Origin: Guillardia theta CCMP2712
Lineage: Eukaryota > Protista > Cryptophyta
Assembly: GCF_000315625.1 (NCBI RefSeq)
Contig: NW_005434658.1
Span: 277,139 to 341,138 of the forward strand
Length of the DNA: 64,000 bases
Direction of reading: 5' to 3'
Part shown: one piece after another, positions 12,674 to 24,148 of the stretch
How positions within the stretch are numbered: the stretch's first letter is position 1
How the letters are laid out: each line of letters starts with the position of its first letter
Notes under the pieces: generated by a model
The model's input: the letters and a program-made list of their open reading frames with translations, nothing else
Told to the model about the DNA's origin: nothing
The model's database searches: none
Program-made: the position numbers and the translations under genes

Positions 12674-15047
12674 TCACTCGCGCCCCGGGAGCGCCCGGGC
12701 ATGTCCCAGCGACTGGGAGATGCGAGGGAGCTGGGAGGGCGGGACCTGCGGCATCTGGAAGAGGAGGCGAATCGTGCGAGAGGAGGCTCGCTCAAAGAGG
12801 TGGGTAGAAGCCTCTAGCAGGAACCTCTGCGCCTGCGGCTTCTGCCGGAGAGACTGGTACACGTCACGTGCCAGGGCCGTCAGGCGGTCGGGCCGCTGGA
12901 GGTAGCGGTCCAGGAAGGAGCTCGAGCGGAGGAGCTCCAGGCGGCCGAGGGCTTCGCGGAGGGAGGGAGGAAGCTGGGGGAGTCTGGGACTGTCAGGAAG
13001 TGGTCCGGACCGAAGGATGTCGGGGAGGAGGACCCTGGAGGAGGAGAGAGCATACTCAAGAGCCTCGAGGCCAAGTCCGTCGACAAAGTCAGTCAGGTCG
13101 TCCACCTGGCAGAGAAGTAAGGAGCTGAGATGGCGCGGGGTTAGCATGAAGGGAACTGGTGGAAGAAGGACAGAGGAGGATAGGAATAGATGGAGGCGAG
13201 GAGGAAGAACGAGGACGAGAAGAATGGAGGAAGGGGGGCGAAGGAGGGAGGAAGGAGAAGGAGGAAGGAGGGGAGAGGGAGGGAGACGGACGCACCATAT
13301 TTTCTCGAACTTGCTCGTTCTCCTCCGAGAAAAGAAAGTCAATGAAAAGCCTCGAGGCCTGCGACAGGTCCCACTCGTCGAAGTCGGACGCCGACTGCAA
13401 CAGGTTCTCCAGCCGCTGCCATCGCACCTTCCGCTCCCTCGTCAGCACCATGTACTCCAGAGCATCCTGGAGCTGCGAGTCGGTAAGGACGCGGCTGGCA
13501 ATGTAGGGATACGCGTCGTTGATGATGCGGAACTTTCCGTCCACCTGGATCGCAAGCCCCTCCAGCACTCCGAGGCATCGCACAATGGCGGTGTAGTAGG
13601 GGGGCAGGTTGAAGGGGAACTTGTACATCACGTCGCCGAGCTCTCCAATAACGTTCTTGATGTTGAACGTATCGACGGAGGAGCCCAGCACGTCCGGGAG
13701 CGCCTTTGTCAGTGCATCCTCGATCGGCTGCACGTCCGTACCCGGCGGGATGAAACCAAGGCGCACGTAGAGCTTGCAGAGGGAGTTGAAATCTCGGTTG
13801 ACCATATGGATTACTGCCTCCAAGATGCCATAGCGCTGGTACGGCTCCACCTCCGACATCATGCCGAAGTCGAGGTAGACGAGTTTCCCGTCGCTCGTAG
13901 CAAGCAGGTTCCCTCCGTGGGGGTCAGCATGGAAGAAACCCTTCTCAAGCATCTGCTGCAGGGAGCACTGGACCATCGCCCGGACAAGCCTTGTCTTGTC
14001 CTTTTCGGAGACGAGGGGGGAAGTGAGACGAACTCCCTCAACCCACTCCATGACCAGCACCTTCCTGCTTGAGAACCTCCAGAAGATCTTGGGTACATAA
14101 ATGTCCGGGTTGTTCCCGTAGAGCTCCGCGAACCGCTCTGCATTCCTCGCCTCCTGCAGGTAGTCGATCTCCTCGTAGATGAGCTTCCCGAACTCCTCCA
14201 CCACGGACCGAAGGTCCAGGTCCCTCCTGAGCAGCTTGATCATCTGGCTCAGCGTCCCGCTGAGCTCTCGGAGGATGTAGATGTCCAGCGCAATGACCTC
14301 CTCACACTCCGGACGCTGCACTTTGATCGCCACCGCCTCTCCTGTCTTGAGGTAAGCCTTGTACACCTGCCCGATGGACGCTGCGGCGACGGGCTCGGGC
14401 TCCACCCGCTCGAAGATGTCTTGCAGCTTCATCCCGAGCTGGTCCTCGATGATCTTGAACGCGACTTCGTTGGGGAAGGGGGGCAGGCGATCCTGCAGCT
14501 TCTGAAGCTCCTGGAGGTACTCAGGAGGAAGGAGATCGGGACGGGAGGAGAGGGCCTGCCCGGCCTTGATGAAGGCAGGGCCCAAGTTCGCAATGAGCTC
14601 CATGAACTCCTTGGCCCTCCTGGGTCGGTTCGCCTTCTCCACGCCGCGCTGGAAGTCCAGGAGGACCTGGCCGAGGAAAGTCGTGAACGGCACTGAGATC
14701 TGCATGTCCCGACGCCACACGTCCAACGTTCGTAGGTTGAAGTACTTTTCCGCCTCTATGGGGTCGTAGCGGGAGCCCAAGGCTGCTGACTTAGCCGCCT
14801 GCTGCGCCTGCTCCTCGAGCAAGGCGTCTCTTGACTTGCCACGGGCTCCTGTGTTGAGATCTGCACCCTTGGGAAGCGCCCGCGGACGAACCCGCGGAGG
14901 TTCGCTCAATGCGGAGGAGACGTGTAGCACCCTCTTGCCAACCCTCATGGAGGTTTGGATTCCAAAGGGAGAGACGGAGAGGAGATGGCATGCCGAGAGG
15001 AGTAGAGGTAGCAGGACTGACTTCCTAGTTGGCATCTTACTAAACAT
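12674..15047 (-). CDS. ABC1K/UbiB atypical kinase, probably plastid-targeted (intron about 13104-13292)
   Basis: LGPAFIKAGQALSSRPDL, PVAAASIGQVYKA, VAIKVQRP, FFHADPHGGNLL, LDFGMM. N-terminal hydrophobic signal ending VSP-F, similar to the ASA-F bipartite leader motif. Confidence 0.92.
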
Positions 15048-15684
15048 TGTCGACGGTGCACGGCATGAAACAGAGCAAGGTTGTAATGAAACCCCTGCAG
15101 AACACCGTGAATGAGATAAAGAAACACAACTCCATCCTTCCATTTTCCCCTTCACTAGGTCCTCTCCACCCTTTGTCCTGCGCTATCCACCCCTGCACTC
15201 CTCCGACTCCCTCGTCCTCCTTCCGTCCCCTTATCACTCACTCCAACCTCACACAATCATCACCTTGCGTCCTCCATATTCTCTCATTCTCCTCCCTGCT
15301 CCCCTCTCCCTCCTCCCTCCTCCCTCCTCTTCCACCACCGATGCGGGGCGTCAGCTCAAGCAGTGCTTTACAGGGTTACCACCACCCTACACTACGACCC
15401 CTTTAACTCACACCTACCACCCCCTTTCGCAGGCTGCTGCTTGTGACATCAGTTTTTACTGATGTGCGGGCCCGCCTCATGCTCTAGCCCGGCCCGGGCC
15501 GGCCGCCGGGCGGCCGACTCCGCCGGCTGACTCACTGAGGCTCGGACCGTGGCCCGGTCTCCGCCCCTCTCCGACGGTACCGTACTACGTATCCAGGGGG
15601 AGGTCGACACCGCCCGGTACTGGCTTATCAGTGGAAACCACTGCATGATACACAGAACTCCGGCTGATTACTACTAGTTACTAT

Positions 15685-17475
15685 CTACAAAAGTTTGTCG
15701 AAGACGTCGAGGGTGAGGACTCGTGATTTGAAGTTCCACTCGGTGACGACGGAGAGCGAGGCAGCCCCAGACTTTGCCAGCTGCGCTCCCCTCCTCACTG
15801 CTAGTAGCTCGAGCTCGTCCTGCTCACTCAGATCGTTCCCAGCCGCCACGAGAGTGCGGAGCGACGGGAGGCTTTGAACGAGCATGAGAAGAGCGTCCTT
15901 ATTGACGCCTGTCCCCGACACGTTGATCTCGCACAGAGGATGACAGCCCTTGTCCTCTCCCCAGCACAAACTTTGCACGGCGGCCGCACTGAGGTTTGAG
16001 CAGCAGGAGCAGTTGAAGACCTGGAGCCGCACGCAGTTGAGCAGCGAGCGGTTGACGCAGGAGTCACTGAAGCTGGTGCAGCTAGAGATGTCGAGCAGCT
16101 CGAGCTCGGACGCATGCTTGCCCAGCGCCCTCAGGCTGCGGTCCGTGAGCAGCTTGCATCCTCTTAGGATGAGCTTCTTGAGGCGGCAGGACCTGACGAG
16201 GCCGATGAGCGACGCATCCGTCACCCGCACGCACTCCGATATGTCGAGCTCCTGCAGCTCCTTGCAGCCCACCAGGTTCATCAGCCCTGAGTCTGTGAGC
16301 TGCGAGCACTTGGAGAGGGACAGCATACGCATCCGCGGACATCCTAGGGTTGTGTGGAGCGGGAGATCGCTGTTGGCTGCTTCCTCCCAGTCAAGGCTGT
16401 CGCTCTCCCGCACCTGCACCCGAGGGCCCATGTTCCACACCGCGTCCGAACCCACCTGCGGGCATCTGGACAAGTTGAGAGCTGTCAGATTCGAGCTCGT
16501 CCGCACCACTTTGACCACAGCCTCCTCCGTCAGTCTCGGAAGGCTCCCAACGTCCAGCATCACCAGCCGGCTGCTCCCCACCACAGCAGCCAAGCAGTCA
16601 TCCGACAGCCTCGGGCACTCTCGGACCCTCAAGTCCACCAGCCTCCGGGCATTGAGCATCAGCCGGGTCACAGCGAAGTCCGTCACTCCCTCGCAGCCGC
16701 TCAGCCAGACACTCTCCAGCTGCTCCAGGTTCTTCACCAGGCTGATCACCCCCTGCTCACCGACTGCCGAGCGCCGAAGATCCACATGCTGCAGCTGCGG
16801 GCAGTTGTTTGCCACATACTTGATAGAATGATCGCTGATTAGATAGCACCTGGGCAAAGAATGACGAAGTCAAGTCCAGCAATACAGCTCATGACGCACA
16901 AGATCTTACCCCTCGAGATGTAGCGCTCGCAGATCTGTCATCCAAGGGATCAGTTTGATCAGAGAAGCGTCCAGGATCATGTTCGGTCTCCACTTTGCTG
17001 CAGCTTGCAGAATCTGGACACAGGGCTCACGAGGGCAAGGATACGAGGGTAGTGCAACCTTCTCCATGAGCTCTTCTGGAATGTAGTATGGGTTCCTTTC
17101 GAAGATTTGAACGCCTGGTGCACAGTGATTGGGCAAACTCCGACATTTTACAGGGAGTTCCATAGTTCCACTTACTTCCGCTGGCGATCACTTTGCCGAC
17201 TGCTTCATAGCAGAGCTCCAACAGCCTGTGAAGGTGCTCTGAATGTCCGAACAGCAAGCCATCAGCACTTACGTCGGGAAATGGCTCTCGCCCGAAGGAC
17301 CTGGGTTGTTTACGGCGTCATGCGAACAAAAAGAGGAGTCAGGAGAGGTGAAAAGTCGAAGAGCGACAGCGCGCTCAAGAGATAGGAAGGGCACGAGCAC
17401 ATACCGGCATTCATCAGTGGCCTCGTCCTGCTGCTCCTCCTCTCCTTCCCCTCCGCCACCTCCTGCTGCCGCCAT
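15685..17475 (-). CDS. Leucine-rich repeat protein (AMN1/FBXL cysteine-containing LRR type), multi-exon
   Basis: Repeated LxxLxLsgCxxvTDxgl motifs in the 15685..16857 ORF; N-terminal exons include SLLELCYEAVG and YIPEELMEK. Confidence 0.8.
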
Positions 17476-17710
17476 GACCACAGCCGAGCCCCGAGTTCCT
17501 GCATGGCACCACCTTGCATTGGAACAATTGACGACTTGTGGGGCAGAAGATCATCAATAGGGAAATCAATAGAGGGGAACCAAAAGGGCAGCGATTTTAT
17601 AATATCGTTGTATAACCCGGGGTGCATGTGCAACATGCCCGGGATCCGTTCCTGCCCTCCTCGCCCCCTCGTGCCGCCGCTCCCTCCCTCCTCCCCCCTC
17701 CTAGCCCTCC

Positions 17711-17798
17711 AGCGCACTACTCTAGCCTTTCCTCTTCCCTCCTACACTCCTAGCGCACTACTCTAGCCTCTCCTCCTCCCAGCGCACTACTCTAGCCT
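17711..17798 (+). repeat. Three spaced copies of AGCGCACTACTCTAGCCT
   Basis: Copies begin at 17711, 17752 and 17781. Confidence 0.85.
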
Positions 17799-18604
17799 CT
17801 CCTCTCCCCCCCCCTAGCATACTCCCTCCTACCGCAGCTCCCCTCGTCCTATCGTTCTCACTCCTTTCCTTCTCATGTTGTTGAACTCGCTCGCTCGCTA
17901 CTTTCCCTCCAACGTCGCTGTCTCCGTCTATCTTTCCCTGGCTGCTCTCCTCCTCTACAACGATTCGATTTTCTTTCTCCAATTGAGCTCCTACCTTTTA
18001 GTTCCGTTCGCCCTCTCCCCTGATTCAACATCGATCATTGCCTCTTTCTGTTATCTCTCTCCCTTTTCTCATTCCCGCAACAACCCTCCACGATCTTGCT
18101 CCTTCATTCCCCTCTCCTTCACTCTTCCCGCTCCCTCCATGCTTGCTTTGCTCTTCATTCTTGTAGGATGGTCCTGCTGTCTCTCAACTGAGACATTGCT
18201 TCCGCCTATATTTCTCCGCTGATTTATTCTGCTTTTGCTGTGTCGAGGTTACAACTTTGACTTTCTCGTTGCTCTGCCATTCCCCCTCTTCTATGTCCGC
18301 GCTCGCTCTCCTCGCGGCCTTTCATTGCATATCTTTCGCTTATTCCTCCTTGGTATTCCTTTGCTGTCCCCTCGAAAGTTCTCTATCATTCTGAGAGCTG
18401 ATATGAAGCCCCTCCCTTTCGATCCTTTCAGTGCTCAGACGAGCAGCTCTCTCAAGAATGCATCGCTCTTGATGCTCGCATGGTAGTTTGTGAGGAGGTT
18501 AAACGTGAGTGTCCACCACCTGTACGCCATTTGATGACTCTGATGACCTTTGAGCCGATCATAGCACTGGAGTGCTACTGACGCTGTTGGCTCGAGCAGG
18601 GGGC

Positions 18605-19391
18605 ATGAGCAAGGTTGAGTTCGTGGACCTGTCGGGGCTGCGGATCGATGGCCGACGGCCCAACGAGCTGCGAAAGGTTGTGATCAAGCACGGGAACTTG
18701 CAGAACGCGACAGGATCGGCGATCTTCCATCATGGCAACACCAAGGTGAGCGGGAAGTGCGTCCATTTTCCCAGCTGCTGACGTCCTCCTGCAGATTGTA
18801 GCAACTGTTTGCGGACCGAGGGAGTGCACATCGAGGTCTAAGGAGCTCCACGATCGAGCAGTCGTAACTTGCTCTGTCATCGTCTCCCCCTCGGCGTACT
18901 CGCACAGGAGGAAACGGAACAGAGGCGACCGGGTGGTCGCAGAGCTCGAGTCCCTCGTCAGGCAGACGTTCGAGGAGCTGATTTTCACCTCCATCTTCCC
19001 CCGGTCGCAGATCGACATCTCCGTCGAGATCGTCCAGGCGGACGGGCCTGTCAGGGCATGTGTCGTCAACGCCGTGAGCATGGCGCTCATCGATGCCGGT
19101 CTGCCCATCAAAGACTTCCTCTGTGCGTGCGAGGTCGGCTACATCGACGGGCAGCTCCTGCTAGACATGAACGGGGAGGAGGAGTCGGCGAGGGGCCCGG
19201 ACCTGTACGTCTCCTACATGCCCTGCCAGGACGCAATCGTGTCCACGTTCCTCGAGCCGAGGCTGCCCCTTGAAGTCTTCGGGCAGGTGAGACTCTCTTC
19301 CTGTGCAAGGGTGGGGCAGGGCTGATGATCGTTGCCTCAGGCTCTTGACCTTGCCCTGAATGGTTGCCGTGAAATGTACAAAATGCTCCAG
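18605..19391 (+). CDS. RRP41: Exosome complex component RRP41 (RNase PH family); 3' end probably lost in the gap
   Basis: GLRIDGRRPNELR, GSAIFHHGNTK, FPRSQIDISVEIVQADG, NAVSMALIDAGLPIKD, LLLDMNGEEE. Confidence 0.92.
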
Positions 19392-19407
19392 GTAAACCCC
19401 TCCCTCC

Positions 19408-19507
19408 NNNNNNNNNNNNNNNNNNNNNNNNNNNNNNNNNNNNNNNNNNNNNNNNNNNNNNNNNNNNNNNNNNNNNNNNNNNNNNNNNNNNNNNNNNNNN
19501 NNNNNNN
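19408..19507. other. Assembly gap (100 N)
   Basis: Run of N. Confidence 1.
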
Positions 19508-19660
19508 CTCTCCACCTCTCTCTTCGACCTCGTCTCCTCCCTCCTCCCTCCTCCTCCTCCTCACCCACCCTCCTTCACCCTTTCACCTTCCCGCCATTAC
19601 CCCGACCATCCCAACCCCAACCAGATGCGGCTGCTCGTAAATTCAATCCGTGGGTGCGCC

Positions 19661-20446
19661 ATGTCGCTACTGCGCCGCCAGCTCGCGCTCGCCATTGTCA
19701 TGCTCAGCCTCAGGCTCGCTGGCGCCTTCATGCCTCCTGCTTTCGGAGCTTCTGCATGCCTGCATGCCAGGGCTGCTCGCTTCCAGACCCAGAGGAGGAC
19801 GAGGTTGCGAGGGCAAGCGAGCCATGTTGAGATGTCGAGGGAGGGAGCTGTGCATTTCATCAACCTCAGCAACGGGCTGGAGGCGCTTCCCATGCTGAAT
19901 GGCGTCCCAGTCGCGTTCACGCGTATCCAGAGCTCGCACTGTGAGTCCAGGAACTTCAACGGCATCGTCAACGGCCTCGACAACACGCTCCTGCTCTACC
20001 TCGCCCTCGGTCAAACCTGTTACATCCACGACTATGGCAGCAGGAACAAGAAGCGCAAGGCGCCGAGAGCCATCTGGTATGGCGTGACCTTCATCCGCTA
20101 TGCTCTCCACAAGGTCTGGGAGCTGCCCGGGGAGCCAGACAAGCCGATGCTGCGGGGCCACAACGTGGCGGCCGACTTCGACTACGCTATCAACAACCTG
20201 GACAAGGGAGCGAAAAAGAGGCTCAAGTACTTTCAGAGTTACGTGCAGACACAAGAGATCAAGTTGCTCGGAGTGGTTGGACCCACCGACATCGACGGCC
20301 GGAGAGACTTGCATGTCGAGCTGGCCATGGAGTACGCATGCGGCAACGGCAGCCTCGTCCAGGATCTTGACTTCATGCCATGGCAGGGGAGCGACAGTCT
20401 GGAGATCTTCGACACGAAGCTAGGCTTCAAGCTAGAAGACGAGTGA
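19661..20446 (+). CDS. Uncharacterised protein with a bipartite plastid leader, single exon
   Basis: MSLLRRQLALAIVMLSLRLAGA-F signal plus a basic transit-like segment; globular domain HFINLSNGLEALP...FTRIQSSHCE...LALGQTCYIHDYGSR...PRAIWYG. Confidence 0.75.
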   Translation: MSLLRRQLALAIVMLSLRLAGAFMPPAFGASACLHARAARFQTQRRTRLRGQASHVEMSREGAVHFINLSNGLEALPMLNGVPVAFTRIQSSHCESRNFNGIVNGLDNTLLLYLALGQTCYIHDYGSRNKKRKAPRAIWYGVTFIRYALHKVWELPGEPDKPMLRGHNVAADFDYAINNLDKGAKKRLKYFQSYVQTQEIKLLGVVGPTDIDGRRDLHVELAMEYACGNGSLVQDLDFMPWQGSDSLEIFDTKLGFKLEDE

Positions 20447-20606
20447 GGTGGCAGGGGAGCAGTGCGCAAGTGTTCATCTAATTTCTCTTTATTTATAACT
20501 GACCTTGGTATTCCACATTTCCATTGAATGTACAGACTTGTTATGCGCGTTAACTTGACAAATTCATGTTGTGTATGGTACATCGTGTCGCTCTGCCGCT
20601 GTGGTA

Positions 20607-21941
20607 TCATTTGTTTGTTTGCGATGCCTGGTCCACTTTGTCCGCTCTCGGGGTTTTCGCTGCGGGGGCATCGGATGCCCCGTCGCTCTTGTCACCTTTG
20701 CTAGCCCGTGCCAGAGGCTCGTGGCCCTGAAGGAAAGGATGGCGCATCGCTTCCTTGGGCGTGATCCTCGCGTTCGGGTCGAATGTCAACATCTTGAGGA
20801 TGAGGTCTTCGAACATACTGTACATGGCTTCCTGCTCCGCCGAATATGGCGGAGGGGAGGGTTTCCTGATGATTTGCTTGAAGTCTCGAGTTGCTCGTTC
20901 CAAAACCTTGGAATCAACCACGATGTAGTACCTGGACTCGTCGAACTTGAAGCAAGACTTGACCTTTGACTTGGCCCCGGCGTTCTTGACCATCTCCATC
21001 GGAGGCATCCCGAGGACGTCACAAATCTTGTACATCTGTTCCGCTTCGTTCTTCCCGTTGAAAAGAGGTTGCCCAGTATGCATCTCCACCAGAATGCACC
21101 CCAAGCTCCACATGTCGATCGGGTAGCTGTAAGGATGGCACAGCAGCACCTCAGGAGATCTGTAGAAGCGAGATTGGATGTAGGTGAACGGCTGTCGTTT
21201 GGAGCTGCAAGAGCTTCCAAAGTCAATCACCTTGACTCTGTGGTCATCGTGTCGGACAAGCATGACATTCTCAGGTTTCAAGTCACAATGGATCACGTCC
21301 AGGTCAGGGTGCCGCAAACAGTCAAGGGTTTTCACCAAGTGCTTCGCAAATTTGGACACCAGCTGCAGCGAGACTCCCTTGTACTTGGAGTACTTGAGGA
21401 GATCATACAGCGTGAAGGGCAGCAGCTCAAAGACCAGACAACAATGGTTCCTATGAACGAAGTCGTCGGTCAACTTCACGACATTTGCATAGTCCACCCA
21501 ATCAATTGAGATCCCATTCTGAATCACTGAGTTCATCCCCCGTAATTTCTTCAAGAGAGCAATTTCACTTTTCGCCTGCTCGTGCCAGTGGCGATGATTC
21601 TTGGTTATCTTGATTGCGACATGTTGCTTGTTCCGATTGCTTTCCATGGTATCAATAGCATATACAACTTGACCGAAAGATCCTTTTCCCAACAGAGGAG
21701 ACGATCCGTTTGACCTTGTAACAATTTTGTATCGATTGTTAATCACATCCCCAGGTCTGATAATGTAATCCCCATTCTCATCGTCATATCCATCATTGTG
21801 TCTTCGATCCTGTTTTGCATAATACTTTTCATTGATCCCCTGATACGTATCCAAGAGCTTGACAGTCAGGAGGAGCAGGGGGTTGTTTGGTCTGGTTCGA
21901 AAAACCATCTGTGTTGCCGGGCTTTCCCCATCCTTCATCAT
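20607..21941 (-). CDS. DYRK-family dual-specificity kinase, DYRK1-like, intronless
   Basis: DH box NDGYDDENGDYII, LGKGSFGQVV, HCDLKPEN, IDFGSSC, YIQSRFYRSPEVLL. The N-terminal LTVKLLDTYQGINEKYY resembles the DYRK1 N-terminal motif. Confidence 0.93.
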   Translation of the reverse strand: MMKDGESPATQMVFRTRPNNPLLLLTVKLLDTYQGINEKYYAKQDRRHNDGYDDENGDYIIRPGDVINNRYKIVTRSNGSSPLLGKGSFGQVVYAIDTMESNRNKQHVAIKITKNHRHWHEQAKSEIALLKKLRGMNSVIQNGISIDWVDYANVVKLTDDFVHRNHCCLVFELLPFTLYDLLKYSKYKGVSLQLVSKFAKHLVKTLDCLRHPDLDVIHCDLKPENVMLVRHDDHRVKVIDFGSSCSSKRQPFTYIQSRFYRSPEVLLCHPYSYPIDMWSLGCILVEMHTGQPLFNGKNEAEQMYKICDVLGMPPMEMVKNAGAKSKVKSCFKFDESRYYIVVDSKVLERATRDFKQIIRKPSPPPYSAEQEAMYSMFEDLILKMLTFDPNARITPKEAMRHPFLQGHEPLARASKGDKSDGASDAPAAKTPRADKVDQASQTNK

Positions 21942-22107
21942 TGTATTCTGAGCAACTTCGTTGCTTTCACTCCCTTCCGGGTCTGGAAACCACGGACATG
22001 GTCAAAGAATGCGCGCAAGATGGAAAACCAATGTACCTATTCTATGTGAACTGCTTGCTTCCGTATCCTGCATGGTTGAATCGCCGTCTGGATGCTCCTG
22101 GTAATCG

Positions 22108-22700
22108 TCATGAAATGAGCTCCATAAGATATGAAATCGAGGTTTGCACCTTGTGCAGTTCGACATGCATCGCATTGGGAGGATTTTCTACTGAGTTGCT
22201 TCCACGCATATTCTCATCTTCAGACGCTGCAGCGATCACCATCTCGATGTCATCGGGATGCGGGAGCGATTGAGCGCTTGTCCTGCGCAAACATCAAACC
22301 AAGATGTTTTGGATTGTGATGACGGAACCTTTCATCTGATTGGACTCCATCTTTCTGTTTCTTCTTTGAAGAGCGAGTATTGTATCCTGATTTCACACTG
22401 TCGGACATTATCTTATTTTCTACTCCTGTATTCATATCTCTGTCAGTGCACTGATCTACACCGCATCATCAATCAAACCTGCACAGAAGGCGAAAAGACA
22501 CTAGCTGAACTACAACATCTGCTTGAGGAAACATCGTTTGCAGATGGAAAAATGGTGCCCCTTTGCGAGTTCTGCGGACATCCCGGCAACGATATGAATG
22601 CAGCGTCCAGTCACAACCTGCAAATCAAGAAAACATTCAAAACCGCTTTCGTCATACATATGTTTGAAACGTATCTAACAAGATCTGAGTCACAAGAATG
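22108..22700 (-). CDS. Possible hypothetical multi-exon gene
   Basis: Short minus-strand open segments (22108-22290, 22250-22435) with plausible splice sites; no recognisable domain. Confidence 0.25.
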
Positions 22701-24148
22701 ATTCATAACATTCTATTCGTCCACTCCTGGCGAATCCTGGCTATTTCTACAATCAAATAGACTCCTTGCTGTGTGATCGGCGATTTACAAAGGTGTTACA
22801 ACAACTATCACATTACTTTCTTTCCTCTCACATCGGAGCCCATTGATACTTGTTTGAACTCGATACGATTAACATTTCATTCTCACGCATCGTCTTCTGC
22901 GTTGTTTTCCACAATCATCGTTGTCTTCAATTCAAAATTTCAACTGGTGACCAGGAAACTCCTCCCTACACCTCCTCAGCTATGTTCGTCCTCATACTCC
23001 CTACGAGCAAGTCCCCGTGCCCTCATTGCAGTCTACCTTCTCTTCCTTCTTCTTTGCATCCACATCATCTCTGACCCTTCCTCCTGCATCTGCATTGCCT
23101 GGAGCGTGTTTCTGCCGCCATGCCCACCGTTAAAAGCTCATACTCTCACCGTTCAGATTCACTACCCCACCCTGCATCAATTCATCCCACCCCCACAGGC
23201 TTATCTTGACAGTGGACCCCCATAATTACCAAAAGTACCCCACCATTGCTATGGAAGGCTCCGTCGAACTTACTACCCCCACCTCCAACTAAAACGGTAC
23301 CTCAGGTTGCCTGAGTCGTGTGGCAACGACCATCCTGGCCCCGGACCCCCCCTACATTCTTGACCCCTTCCTTTCAGGCTCTTTTCCGGTCCGAACCAGG
23401 GGTACGTGGTCTCTCAGCGCACCACTTGCCCTTCGGCCATTTGAATCTGGGCCTTGTCGCCACTCAAATTCAAGTTCTGCGCGGCTGACCGCCGGGGGGG
23501 GCCGGGCCGCCCGGCGGCCCGGGCCCGGCATTTGACGGAGTACAAGTTCAGTGTTAGACTTGTACTATGCCAAAGTAATGCAGATATCATATCGACCTGG
23601 GCTGCAACCGTGAAGACAGTTCGGAAAGTTCAAGTTTTGCTCCGAACTTAAAAAAGAAGACCCGGAGTTTAATGCACACGAAACAAGGATTCACTGAGTT
23701 GAGGAGCACATGAGAGCCTCGGATAGACTGTATAAGGCTAGAACTCATATGAAACCCGAGTGGCAACTTCTGAGCAAGACGGCTAGGAAGGCCTCCTCTT
23801 CGTCAAACGTACTACATTGCCGCCAGAGTTTTGTTAACTCGGCGCTGTCTGACTGGCATGCGATCACTCGGCGGATCCATCAGCATTGCGCGCGACCGGC
23901 GGCTGTGCCGTGTCTGCGTGTGAGCAGCTGATGGGGATAGTTGAGTTTCAAGTTTCAGTATCAGCATTCCGATAATTCTTCAATATGCGTCTGTTAACTT
24001 GTGACGGCACTCAAGATAGCTAAATTGTCGCTAGTCGCTGTAGCTGGCAATCACTTGCTACGAGTGCGACGCTGAACTATCTGCTGCGCTGCAGGAAGAT
24101 ACGGGACAGTCACCGCAGTATACTGTCGTTAGAATCATGATACTCAGC

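Noticed and set aside
13017-14072. 351-aa plus-strand ORF, and similar long antisense ORFs at 15950-16831 and 54859-56049
   Set aside because: Shadow ORFs opposite GC3-rich genuine genes
17700-17820. Repeat-spacer pattern resembling a CRISPR array
   Set aside because: Eukaryotic context, only three 18-bp units, low-complexity unequal spacers, no cas genes
19391-19660. Possible RRP41 fusion to the downstream ORF (phase-0 donor at 19392; CCAG|ATG at 19625 is in frame with 19625..20446)
   Set aside because: An assembly gap of unknown true size lies between them and probably holds the last RRP41 exon. The downstream gene also has its own complete signal peptide.
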